Positions 40,889-48,949 of a stretch of DNA of 63,451 bases are shown here, piece by piece (position 1 is the first letter of the stretch; each line of letters starts with the position of its first letter). The notes beneath the pieces are model-generated. The model was not told the origin of the DNA and did not search any database. It was given only the letters and a program-made list of their open reading frames with translations. Position numbers and translations under genes: made by a program. Source of the stretch: a virus; IMG/VR virus record IMGVR_UViG_3300033512_000504, one strand, 5' to 3'.

Positions 40889-41302
40889 TTGTATAATATA
40901 AGTATGAATAAGAGATGGACACATTCTAATAAGGCAATCTTCAATATTGGATACCACTTAATATGGTGTACAAAATATAGAAAGCAGTTGTTAACAGAAA
41001 ATATAGAAAATAGATTGAAAACTCTTTTAGAACAAAAATCAAAAGACATAAATGTTTCAATAGAAAAATTAGAAGTGCTTCCAGAGCATGTTCACTTATT
41101 CGTAAAATGTAGTCCAGTAGATTCGCCACACTTTATAGTCCAACAATTTAAAGGGTATACCTCACGAATACTCAGAAGTGAATTTAAAGAACTTAGAACA
41201 AAGATACCCACTCTTTGGACAAGAAGTTATTATTGCGAATCATGCGGACATATCAGTGAAGAAACGGTTAAAAAATATATAGAAGACCAAAAGAACAAAT
41301 GA
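40889..41302 (+). CDS. tnpA: IS200-type Y1 HUH transposase
   Basis: YHLIWCTKYR, EHVHLF, LWTRSYY, YIEDQ. Confidence 0.95.
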   Translation: MYNISMNKRWTHSNKAIFNIGYHLIWCTKYRKQLLTENIENRLKTLLEQKSKDINVSIEKLEVLPEHVHLFVKCSPVDSPHFIVQQFKGYTSRILRSEFKELRTKIPTLWTRSYYCESCGHISEETVKKYIEDQKNK

Positions 41303-42360
41303 TATTGACATACAAAATTAAACATAACAAAGATTTTTCTAGCGAACTAAACATTGCTAGAAAAATTGCCAATTATGCTGTCACAACTAAATCAAGAAGC
41401 TCAAAGGATGTAAAGCACTTTGGTCTAAAATCCCAAATGTCAAACCAAATTCTTAAAAAATATTCCAAAAATAAAAAGTGCAAAACAATCACATCTGTCA
41501 AATTAACTGTACCAAACCAAGGAGTTAAAGTCAATCAAGAAACAAGAACAATAAAAGTTCCTGTACTAAAACTAGAACTAATATATCAGTTCCCAAACAA
41601 CTTCACCAAAATAAATCAAATAGAAGTGGATAATACCTATTGTTTTGTTTCTTGTGAAGTTCCTAACGAGAAAGAAACAAAATTCAAAGATTATATAGGT
41701 ATAGATTTGAACACCACTGGTCATTGTGCTGTAATAGCCATTCCTAAATCTAATAAGGTAATAAAACTAGGTAAATCAGCCAATCATATTCACTTGAAAT
41801 ATAAAAATTTAAGAGCAAAACTTCAAAAGAAAGGAGCGAAGCATCAATTAAAGAAAATCAAGAGAAGAGAACAAAACATAATTAAGGATTTAAACCACAA
41901 GATAAGCAAGAAAATAGTTCAAGTAGCAAAACAAAACAATTGTTGTATAAAACTGGAAAAATTAACTAAAATTAGAGAGAAGAGAAACAAGAAAACGCAA
42001 CAGTCATTCAAGTATTCCTTAAATAGTTGGAGTTTCTATCAGTTGAATATGATGATAGAATACAAATCCAAGATATTAGGGAGACCAGTTGCTTATATCA
42101 ATCCTGCATATACTAGCCAAACGTGTAGTAAGTGCGGAGTTATAGGTAATCGGAATGGAAAAGAATTCAAATGTGTTAGTTGTGGACACGTTGACCATGC
42201 GGATTCAAATGCAGCATTTAATATTGCTGCATTTGAATTATTGAACAACACTGAAAGCGATGGTCATTTAGTATTAGACAGAGATAATATTAAGAGGAAC
42301 ACTGATATCCTCAGATTAGAAAGTCAAATGCGAAGTGAGAACGTAGCATTTGTTAACTAA
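41299..42360 (+). CDS. tnpB: TnpB RNA-guided nuclease
   Basis: GIDLN, LEKL, PAYTSQTCSKCG, HADSNAAFNI. Confidence 0.93.
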   Translation: MILTYKIKHNKDFSSELNIARKIANYAVTTKSRSSKDVKHFGLKSQMSNQILKKYSKNKKCKTITSVKLTVPNQGVKVNQETRTIKVPVLKLELIYQFPNNFTKINQIEVDNTYCFVSCEVPNEKETKFKDYIGIDLNTTGHCAVIAIPKSNKVIKLGKSANHIHLKYKNLRAKLQKKGAKHQLKKIKRREQNIIKDLNHKISKKIVQVAKQNNCCIKLEKLTKIREKRNKKTQQSFKYSLNSWSFYQLNMMIEYKSKILGRPVAYINPAYTSQTCSKCGVIGNRNGKEFKCVSCGHVDHADSNAAFNIAAFELLNNTESDGHLVLDRDNIKRNTDILRLESQMRSENVAFVN

Positions 42361-42647
42361 GAACCCCACGAGCTTTAGTCGTGGGAGTATGTCAGGGTTT
42401 CACCAATATCCTGCCTTGTAATCGATGGTACTCAGAACTACCAAGACAATCTTGTTCTTTTCACAGCTACCTCTAATTAGGCAGCAAGTGCGAGCGTTTC
42501 GTCACTTAGTTTTTTCAATGGATTATTTAAGAGGACAACCATCATCCTCTGCATGCAACTATACATCTAAACTAAACGTCGATGCCAATACGTCCCCATT
42601 TATAACATAATCTATTATATAACAAACAACTTCAAAAATCAACCAAA

Positions 42648-42896
42648 TTATCCGACAACTAAATCAAATCCATCAGAAGATACATTAAAGTCTCCATGAT
42701 CTATTTTCCCAAAACGCATAGAAGTTTCATACAAAATAGGCCAAACGCATTTTTGAAGCATAAAATCTTCTTTACGTCCCTCTTTTTCCATCTTAACCAA
42801 TGTCTCTGTCATAGTTGTTAATGCATTTATAGCAATATCCCTACTTAATGCATCTCCATCTACAACACCACCTAGTATTGGTATCTCTTTATACAT
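42648..42896 (-). CDS. hypothetical protein
   Basis: 82 aa overlapping the kptA stop. Confidence 0.5.
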   Translation of the reverse strand: MYKEIPILGGVVDGDALSRDIAINALTTMTETLVKMEKEGRKEDFMLQKCVWPILYETSMRFGKIDHGDFNVSSDGFDLVVG

Positions 42897-43470
42897 TTTG
42901 AGCTAATTTTGCGTTTTCGAAGTGTATATATTCAACTGGAACAGCATCAACCAGCCAAACTAAATTAGCTGTTTGATAAAAAACAAATCCGTCTTGGTGC
43001 ATTAAACCAGATTCGATCATCAAAACGTGAGGTGTGCCATGACGAGCACCAACTTGACTCGCTGTAGCATAATCTTTTGATAAATGAACATGATGCCTAT
43101 TACGTTTATCAAGTCCATTTACCTGTATAGAAGAAACGAATTTAGTTGCCGTTCCGTGATATAAATATTGGGGAGGTATTTGTGGAGTATATGCCAAATC
43201 AACAGAAACAGAATGCCCTTGTCTAGCACGAATTGACCAACCATCGTCACTATACTCGAATCTCTGCTTTTCGTTAGTAGTGACAATTTCATCCAATAAC
43301 TCTCTTGTCAATGGTACTAAACCTTTATCCTTCTGATAGATAGCGGCATTATCTATAAATGTGCTAACGTCCACCCACCCCTCTTTATCCAAGTTTATAC
43401 CAATGGTTTCTGGTTTATGTCTCAGAACCATCGATATAAACTTGCTCATTCCTATTAATTCTTTTTTCAT
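42889..43470 (-). CDS. kptA: RNA 2'-phosphotransferase (Tpt1/KptA)
   Basis: SMVLRHKP, KQRF, IRARQGHS, LYHGT, RHHVHLS. Confidence 0.95.
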   Translation of the reverse strand: MKKELIGMSKFISMVLRHKPETIGINLDKEGWVDVSTFIDNAAIYQKDKGLVPLTRELLDEIVTTNEKQRFEYSDDGWSIRARQGHSVSVDLAYTPQIPPQYLYHGTATKFVSSIQVNGLDKRNRHHVHLSKDYATASQVGARHGTPHVLMIESGLMHQDGFVFYQTANLVWLVDAVPVEYIHFENAKLAQNV

Positions 43471-43471
43471 A

Positions 43472-44782
43472 TGTTGTTGAGCGGAAACCCCGACATCTTC
43501 AGTGTCGTGGGTTAGCGAAACTCATTTCCTTTCTTTAGTTTTCTATAGTATACATATATTTTAACAAAAATCAATAAAAAAAGAAGGGAAATACTAAATA
43601 GTTATAGAAGTAGGTTAATATATGAAATTAATTCAAACAGCTAAACTAGTTATAGATTGCTCACCATCTGAGTTCAAATCTACTATTCATGCTTATACTA
43701 ATGCTTTTAATCATGTTTGTCAAGTAGGATTTGACTCCAAGGATACCAATGGCGTTTCCCTACATCATAAAACTTACAACGAATGCAGGAAAGCACTTCC
43801 ATCTCAATTATCCATATCTGCCAGAACCAAAGCTACAGAAACGCTTAAGTCAGTTAAAGCTATAATCAACAAAGGCAAAAAAGCAACCTGTCCTAAATCA
43901 AAACAAACCGCTATTCGCTATGACGTTAATTCTTATTCTCTTTGGCTTAACAAAAATCTAATTTCGATATCAACAATTAACGGGAGAAAGAAATTCAATC
44001 TAATTATTCCTGAATACTTTAAACAATATCTTACTTGGAAATATACTACAGCAGATCTTTTCGTTAAAAACAACAAGGTGTTTATTCATGTTGTTTTTGA
44101 AAAGGAAACGGCAGATATTTCTTCAAATGATAACTTTGTTGGTATTGATCGTGGTATTAACAAAATAGCAGTTACATCTCAAAACAAATTTTATGATGGA
44201 AAGAAAATAAAATCTATTTCTCGTCGGTATGAGAAAATCAGAAGTATGCTTCAATCGAAAAAGCATTCTGGCAAAAGACACCTTAAGAAAATAAAATCTA
44301 AGGAACAACGGTTTCGTCGGGATGTCAATCATACAGTCACTAAACAAATAGTGAATTCGATTGATTCTGGTAGCACAATAATCCTTGAAAAACTTACAGG
44401 AATTAGAAATGCTAAAGCACGAAAAGAACAAAGAAAAGAATTGAACAAATGGAATTTCTTTCAATTTGAACAGTTCTTGAAATACAAAGCAATGGCTAAG
44501 GGTATTAAGGTTGAATACACTCCTGCACAATATACAAGTCAGAAATGCAGTAATTGTGGGATTATTTTAAAGTCAAACCGAAAATCTCAAGCTGTTTATA
44601 AGTGCAGTAAGTGTTCTTTCTGTTTGAATGCAGACTTAAATGCATCCAGAAACATACGAAAAAATTACTTGGACGCTATAAGCAATCCAAGTGGGGCTTC
44701 AGTCAATAAGCCTAATGCTCCTAGTACTCTTTTAGAGATAGTCGAGCAAGCCCAACCATCTTTAGTGGTTGGGTAGTTGACA
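43472..44782 (+). mobile_element. tnpB-only (IS1341-like) element
   Basis: Left TGAGCGGAAACCCCGACATCTTCAGTGTCGTGGG and right CCCAACCATCTTTAGTGGTTGGG hairpins flank tnpB; boundaries approximate. Confidence 0.8.
43622..44776 (+). CDS. tnpB: TnpB RNA-guided nuclease
   Basis: GIDRG, ILEKL, YTSQKCSNCG, NADLNASRNI. Confidence 0.93.
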   Translation: MKLIQTAKLVIDCSPSEFKSTIHAYTNAFNHVCQVGFDSKDTNGVSLHHKTYNECRKALPSQLSISARTKATETLKSVKAIINKGKKATCPKSKQTAIRYDVNSYSLWLNKNLISISTINGRKKFNLIIPEYFKQYLTWKYTTADLFVKNNKVFIHVVFEKETADISSNDNFVGIDRGINKIAVTSQNKFYDGKKIKSISRRYEKIRSMLQSKKHSGKRHLKKIKSKEQRFRRDVNHTVTKQIVNSIDSGSTIILEKLTGIRNAKARKEQRKELNKWNFFQFEQFLKYKAMAKGIKVEYTPAQYTSQKCSNCGIILKSNRKSQAVYKCSKCSFCLNADLNASRNIRKNYLDAISNPSGASVNKPNAPSTLLEIVEQAQPSLVVG

Positions 44783-44784
44783 TT

Positions 44785-45286
44785 TTAGACATCATCAGGA
44801 TCGTCGCCTTCATCCATCGCTTCCAATTCCGCCAATCCCGGTCTAAGTTCAAGATCAAATTCAAAACCATCTCGCTCCCAATTAACGCCTAATGCCTTGT
44901 ACATAATCTTAAATCCCGAACAATCAGCGGAATTCTTTGTTTCAACATCAGGTGTTATTTCAAAAAGATGAGATGCCAAAACAGCCGCTTTGGTAGCATT
45001 ACTCCAACGATTATAATCAGACCAAAAAACCTCAATTATATATCGCTCTTGAATGTTGTTTTCCTGAAAGATGGCTTGCTCAACACCATTTACATTCCTC
45101 ATTCGAGACCAAATAGGCTGTTTTGCTTGCTACCGCTTTCTCAGACCTCTCGATATTATCAACACCCATTACTGCAATCGATGCTGGAGTAACCGCCCAA
45201 AAAGCCTTTGGATGCTTTTCACAAATCTTAGTGATCATTTCCGAAGCTTCTGCTACTCTACTATATGCTCTTGTTTTACGACCCAT
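44785..45286 (-). pseudogene. probable single gene (putative phage metallopeptidase-like) split by a 1-nt frameshift near 45121
   Basis: ORFs 45080-45286 and 44785-45102 join if one A is removed from AGCAAAACAGCC (..VASKQPIWSRMRN..). Confidence 0.5.
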
Positions 45287-45339
45287 GTTCTCCTCCTTGT
45301 TGTTTATCCTTGTTCAACGTTCAATAATTAATTATACAA

Positions 45340-45612
45340 CTATGTCTTGAAACATTTCATTAATGGCATCAATAATTTAGCTTGACTTGGAGTTACGACT
45401 AACGATGCAGGAACGCCGCCAGCTTGTGAGTTTTGCAATGTTACCATTCCGCTATCAGTAATAGCAAATACTTTCCAAATCTTATTGCTCATCGAAACGA
45501 AATCGCCCTCTTTTAATGCCCTGAATGATTCTTTAGATTTTGGCTTATTTTTCCCAATCAACTTTGACGATAACTTGCCAAACCTATTATCTTTAATCAT
45601 AAAATCTTTCAT
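45340..45612 (-). CDS. hypothetical protein
   Basis: 90 aa ORF. Confidence 0.45.
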   Translation of the reverse strand: MKDFMIKDNRFGKLSSKLIGKNKPKSKESFRALKEGDFVSMSNKIWKVFAITDSGMVTLQNSQAGGVPASLVVTPSQAKLLMPLMKCFKT

Positions 45613-45658
45613 TGTTGAACTATTATAATCGAAAAAAACAATTTTGCAATGAAAATAT

Positions 45659-45734
45659 TGGAGCCAATTGTCGGCTTCGAACCGACGACCTATAGTTTAC
45701 GAAACTATTGCTCTACCAACTGAGCTAAACTGGC
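45659..45734 (-). tRNA. tRNA-Thr(CGT)
   Basis: Cloverleaf, anticodon arm ATAGT-TTCGTAA-ACTAT, CCA encoded. Confidence 0.92.
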
Positions 45735-45811
45735 AAATACACAACGGTGCATTCGCTATTCTCGAATTACGAATTGTAGTGCGACTACAACATTGCACCT
45801 GCATTACAAAA

Positions 45812-45931
45812 TGGAGCCAAAGTCGGGAGTCGAACCCGATACAGTAGCGAACCGTGTCACCGTAGCACTTTATGAACCATCCGTCCCGTCAAATGGAACG
45901 AAGGAGAATCGAACTCCAAAGCATCTTTGGC
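45812..45931 (-). ncRNA. tRNA-like RNA with two T-arms and a nested, permuted acceptor helix
   Basis: GCCAAAG/CTTTGGC-T-CCA outer stem; T-arms GGAG-TTCGATT-CTCC and TCGGG-TTCGACT-CCCGA; no anticodon arm. Confidence 0.7.
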
Positions 45932-45937
45932 AAAATC

Positions 45938-46013
45938 TGGAGCCAGTTGACGGCTTCGAACCGACGACCTATAGTTTACAAAACTATTGCTCTACCAACT
46001 GAGCTAAACTGGC
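45938..46013 (-). tRNA. tRNA-Thr(TGT)
   Basis: Near-copy of Thr(CGT), loop TTTGTAA, CCA. Confidence 0.9.
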
Positions 46014-46020
46014 AAATATT

Positions 46021-46488
46021 CTATCCTTTCAATATTTTTATCGTTTCATCAACATGTTCTGCTAACAATCCGCCATTTTCAAATGACGTTTGAACTAAAT
46101 GATCCATTAAATGACACATATCGTCGTCATCATCTAATATTACAAACCTTTCTACTTCAGGATGATTAGTTAGCCACAATTGTATTTCATCTCCTCTGTT
46201 TTCAAATCCATCCTCTACTCTCTCATTATCCAAAACCGTTCTTTCAACAACAGGATTACCTATAAAGCCCTGTTCCCTAAGTAATGCATTTATGTCAATC
46301 TGCTTCTTTGCCTCAGCGTATCTCCAAGAAGATGAAAGTACAATCGTTAAATCATCAACATTCTCTACAATTCGATTCAATCTAGCAACTAACAAAGGGT
46401 CAATAACCCAACAAGAATGATTTGTTCCTTTCCCAAAAGAACTAGTGCAATTTAATACTCCATCGATGTCTAAAAATATAACATTCAT
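46021..46488 (-). CDS. HAD phosphatase, Swiss-army-knife RNA-repair-like family
   Basis: FLDIDGVLN, VLSSSWR, RGDEIQLWL, FVILDD. Confidence 0.85.
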   Translation of the reverse strand: MNVIFLDIDGVLNCTSSFGKGTNHSCWVIDPLLVARLNRIVENVDDLTIVLSSSWRYAEAKKQIDINALLREQGFIGNPVVERTVLDNERVEDGFENRGDEIQLWLTNHPEVERFVILDDDDDMCHLMDHLVQTSFENGGLLAEHVDETIKILKG

Positions 46489-46504
46489 TTTTTCCTTTAT
46501 ATTA

Positions 46505-46589
46505 TGGATCCGGTTGAGGGAATCGAACCTCCAGTAACTTTCGTTGCCGCATTACAAGTGCGGTGCTTTAGCCATTCAGCCAAACCGGC
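46505..46589 (-). tRNA. atypical tRNA-Thr(TGT) with long variable arm
   Basis: CCGCA-CTTGTAA-TGCGG arm, variable hairpin AAC-GAAA-GTT, G1:A72 mismatch, CCA. Confidence 0.75.
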
Positions 46590-46591
46590 AT

Positions 46592-46783
46592 TTAAAAAAT
46601 TTTTACTACCTTATTTAATTTTACATCATTGTTTTGTTTAACACATGACCCGTCAAAATGTTCCATATTAACCCTTCTTCTATCTAGTTTTTTATTACAA
46701 AATGAGCACTTCTCAATAGGACTTTGATAATAAACTTTCTTAACTTCTCCGTCTATCAATTCCAACGAATAATTACCACTCAT
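46592..46783 (-). CDS. small hypothetical protein (CxxC)
   Basis: True start likely MSGNYSL after AGGAG; the longer ORF overlaps tRNAs. Confidence 0.45.
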   Translation of the reverse strand: MSGNYSLELIDGEVKKVYYQSPIEKCSFCNKKLDRRRVNMEHFDGSCVKQNNDVKLNKVVKIF

Positions 46784-46800
46784 TTCATCTCCTTTAAAAA

Positions 46801-46877
46801 TGGTAGGAGTCATGGGATTCGAACCCATAAGACCCCAGATTAAGAGTCTGGTGCTTTGCCAAATAAGCTTCACTCCC
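46801..46877 (-). tRNA. tRNA-Lys(CTT)
   Basis: CCAGA-CTCTTAA-TCTGG, T-arm ATGGG-TTCGAAT-CCCAT, CCA. Confidence 0.88.
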
Positions 46878-46886
46878 AACAAAAAT

Positions 46887-46964
46887 TGGTAGGTGGTGAG
46901 GGACTCGAACCCCCGATAATGCCTGCGTGTAAAGCAGGTGCTGTTGCCGCTGAGCCAACCACCC
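46887..46964 (-). tRNA. tRNA-Val(TAC)
   Basis: CCTGC-TTTACAC-GCAGG, CCA. Confidence 0.88.
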
Positions 46965-47011
46965 ATTATATCATAATTTATTCCTTCTTATCTTATCATT
47001 TCCTTTTAAAA

Positions 47012-47086
47012 TGGTAGGTCGCCTGTGACTTGAACACAGTTCCGTAGATTAAAAGTCTACTGCTTCACCGTAAAAGCTTGCAACCC
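47012..47086 (-). tRNA. tRNA-Lys(TTT)
   Basis: GTAGA-CTTTTAA-TCTAC, CCA. Confidence 0.88.
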
Positions 47087-47088
47087 AT

Positions 47089-47124
47089 AAAGTCTAGTGC
47101 TGCTACCAACTGAGCTACATACCC
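47089..47124 (-). pseudogene. 5' half of a tRNA (Lys-like) ending in the anticodon loop
   Basis: GGGTATG-TAGCTCAGTTGGTAGCAGC-A-CTAGA-CTTT, then directly the next tRNA. Confidence 0.75.
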
Positions 47125-47161
47125 ATTTTTCTATTCTGTCTTCAAAAGACCTATATGCAAT

Positions 47162-47197
47162 AAAAAAGCCCGAAGTTATAATTAACTCCGGGCTTTT
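47162..47197 (-). terminator. attenuator terminator upstream of the Lys/Val/Thr tRNA cluster
   Basis: AAAAGCCCGGAGTTA-ATTA-TAACTTCGGGCTTTTTT. Confidence 0.9.
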
Positions 47198-47219
47198 CTT
47201 TAATCTGTCTTATGTAGGT

Positions 47220-47303
47220 TTACTTAACAAGACAAATCAAACCCGGGGCAGTCGTTTTGACTACCTTTACGGTTTTAGTTGTTTTTGTTTTGTAAGCGTA
47301 CAT
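47220..47303 (-). CDS. attenuator leader peptide MYAYKTKTTKTVKVVKTTAPGLICLVK
   Basis: 14 consecutive Lys/Thr/Val codons; 3' end overlaps the antiterminator strand. Confidence 0.85.
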   Translation of the reverse strand: MYAYKTKTTKTVKVVKTTAPGLICLVK

Positions 47304-47351
47304 TTTATTTTCTTTCTTTAATCGTGACCTATCTTTTAATTGTTCGAGATT

Positions 47352-47379
47352 AGTATATCTTATTCCTTTAAAAAATCAA
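47352..47379 (-). promoter_or_regulatory. promoter TTGATT-N16-TATACT
   Basis: Same spacing as the other copies in the window. Confidence 0.7.
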
Positions 47380-47388
47380 GACTTATTT

Positions 47389-48795
47389 TTAATCTTTAAT
47401 TTTTTGCAAATAATATTCATTAATTATAATCTGATTGTTAACATCGTTTGGTGTAAAACGCTTAGATATAATAACGATAGAATTTGGTTCGATATTGTAA
47501 TTATGAAAAATTGGCATATCGCTATTTAAAACTTTCATATTGCCAACAATACCGAATAATTGTCTTTCTATTGAGCTTGCTCCTTTACATGCCTCTTGAG
47601 TTAGAAGAAGCTTTATAGAATTTTTCCCTCCAACTATATAATGCATAAATGGCTCTAGTACATTTATTTTGTAATTTAAGTCAACTATAGAACGAGCAGC
47701 ATACGTAGATCTTCTATCTAGCAACGATCTGTATTTCCCGTATTTGATATTGAATTCATTAAATGTATGTGGCATATACTCTGTTCGATATATTGAATGG
47801 ATATAATCTGACGGTGGAATCCTGATATCTCCATCAAATATAATATCATCTCCACATATTTGCATTTCAGGAATGTCGTAACGTTGAGAATCTTGTATCT
47901 CTTGAATAATTTTATCGACTTTTAAAACAACATTATTGATCATTAATGAATTTTGAGCCACAACATCAGTATGGAAGCGTCTACATAGGGTGACATATTC
48001 AATTGCCATTCTAGCTTCTGCCGATGACATGTAATAAAACGGTTTGGCGTCCTTGATTGAATATAACGCAACTACATTCATCTGTTTTTGCATAGTGAAT
48101 TTATTATCTTTAGAGAACTGTTTCGCAAAATCTAACTCATTTTCTGAACAAAACATTTTTTTATCATGCGTATCTGGAATAAGACCTTGTAATCCAGACG
48201 ATTGTTCTAATTTTGAATTCAAATCGTTATTGTCGTCTAAAGTTATTGAATAACTGTAATTGGAAGATCCAAAACGAGCTGCTAAATTTTCCGCTTCTTC
48301 GGTATCTAATATAGGAGACTCATTCGGTGTTGCCTCTTCATGTACATGGTTATTTAATACCTTTATAATTGGTCCTCTAACCTCAGGTATGCCATTGACA
48401 TATTGCACGTTGGAATTTTTAAATACATGATCTTTTGCTAAGAATTTGTTGTCAAGACATTCTGTATCAATGCCCTCTTTCTTCAAATCGTCAATAGCTT
48501 CGTATACGCTATCTTTGATTATCAAATCGTCATCATGTTCTTCACATAATTTATTGGCTAGACTTAAATAGTCTTTAATATCAGGACTTTCGGAATCACA
48601 TTGATCAGTATCGATAAGTGATTCGAAAAGTTCATCCTTGTTTACTATATTATTTAGTAATTTTTCGGCTTCGCTATCTCCAATTGAAAAAATCTCTTCT
48701 TTTGATTGTGTTTCAGTTGGTTCTTGATTTTGTTCTTGAGAGACTGTATTATCGATCTCATGAGACATTTCTTGTGTGGTCGTTTCCTCTTTCAT
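47389..48795 (-). CDS. hypothetical protein, acidic N-terminus
   Basis: 468 aa with AGGAG RBS. Confidence 0.6.
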   Translation of the reverse strand: MKEETTTQEMSHEIDNTVSQEQNQEPTETQSKEEIFSIGDSEAEKLLNNIVNKDELFESLIDTDQCDSESPDIKDYLSLANKLCEEHDDDLIIKDSVYEAIDDLKKEGIDTECLDNKFLAKDHVFKNSNVQYVNGIPEVRGPIIKVLNNHVHEEATPNESPILDTEEAENLAARFGSSNYSYSITLDDNNDLNSKLEQSSGLQGLIPDTHDKKMFCSENELDFAKQFSKDNKFTMQKQMNVVALYSIKDAKPFYYMSSAEARMAIEYVTLCRRFHTDVVAQNSLMINNVVLKVDKIIQEIQDSQRYDIPEMQICGDDIIFDGDIRIPPSDYIHSIYRTEYMPHTFNEFNIKYGKYRSLLDRRSTYAARSIVDLNYKINVLEPFMHYIVGGKNSIKLLLTQEACKGASSIERQLFGIVGNMKVLNSDMPIFHNYNIEPNSIVIISKRFTPNDVNNQIIINEYYLQKIKD

Positions 48796-48949
48796 TGATA
48801 CACTCCTTTTGTGATAAAGTAAATTGTTTTAGCTTCTCTGCCGTTCAAGCAGGTAAATACAATAAAAGTGGAATTTTAATTTCCCACAATCACATTATAC
48901 ATATATTTTTAAAAATTTAAAATATATTTTACAGAGCGAAATAGAAAAA

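Larger units (their letters stand above)
40782..42394 (+). mobile_element. IS200/IS605-family element (tnpA + tnpB)
   Basis: Subterminal hairpins CCTACGAGCTTCAGTCGTAGG and CCCACGAGCTTTAGTCGTGGG; TTAC just 5' of the left end; boundaries approximate. Confidence 0.88.

Noticed and set aside
45742-45808. Twister ribozyme (minus-strand TAATGCAG)
   Set aside because: Remaining conserved twister core elements are not recognisable.
45793-46093. Plus-strand ORFs 45793-46002 and 45872-46093; also the 5' part of 46592-46966 and ORF 58988-59209
   Set aside because: They overlap tRNA genes and are shadow ORFs.
47162-47340. T-box riboswitch
   Set aside because: No T-box UGGNACC antiterminator bulge or stem I motifs; the leader-ORF model explains the region. 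The same applies at 60791-60960.
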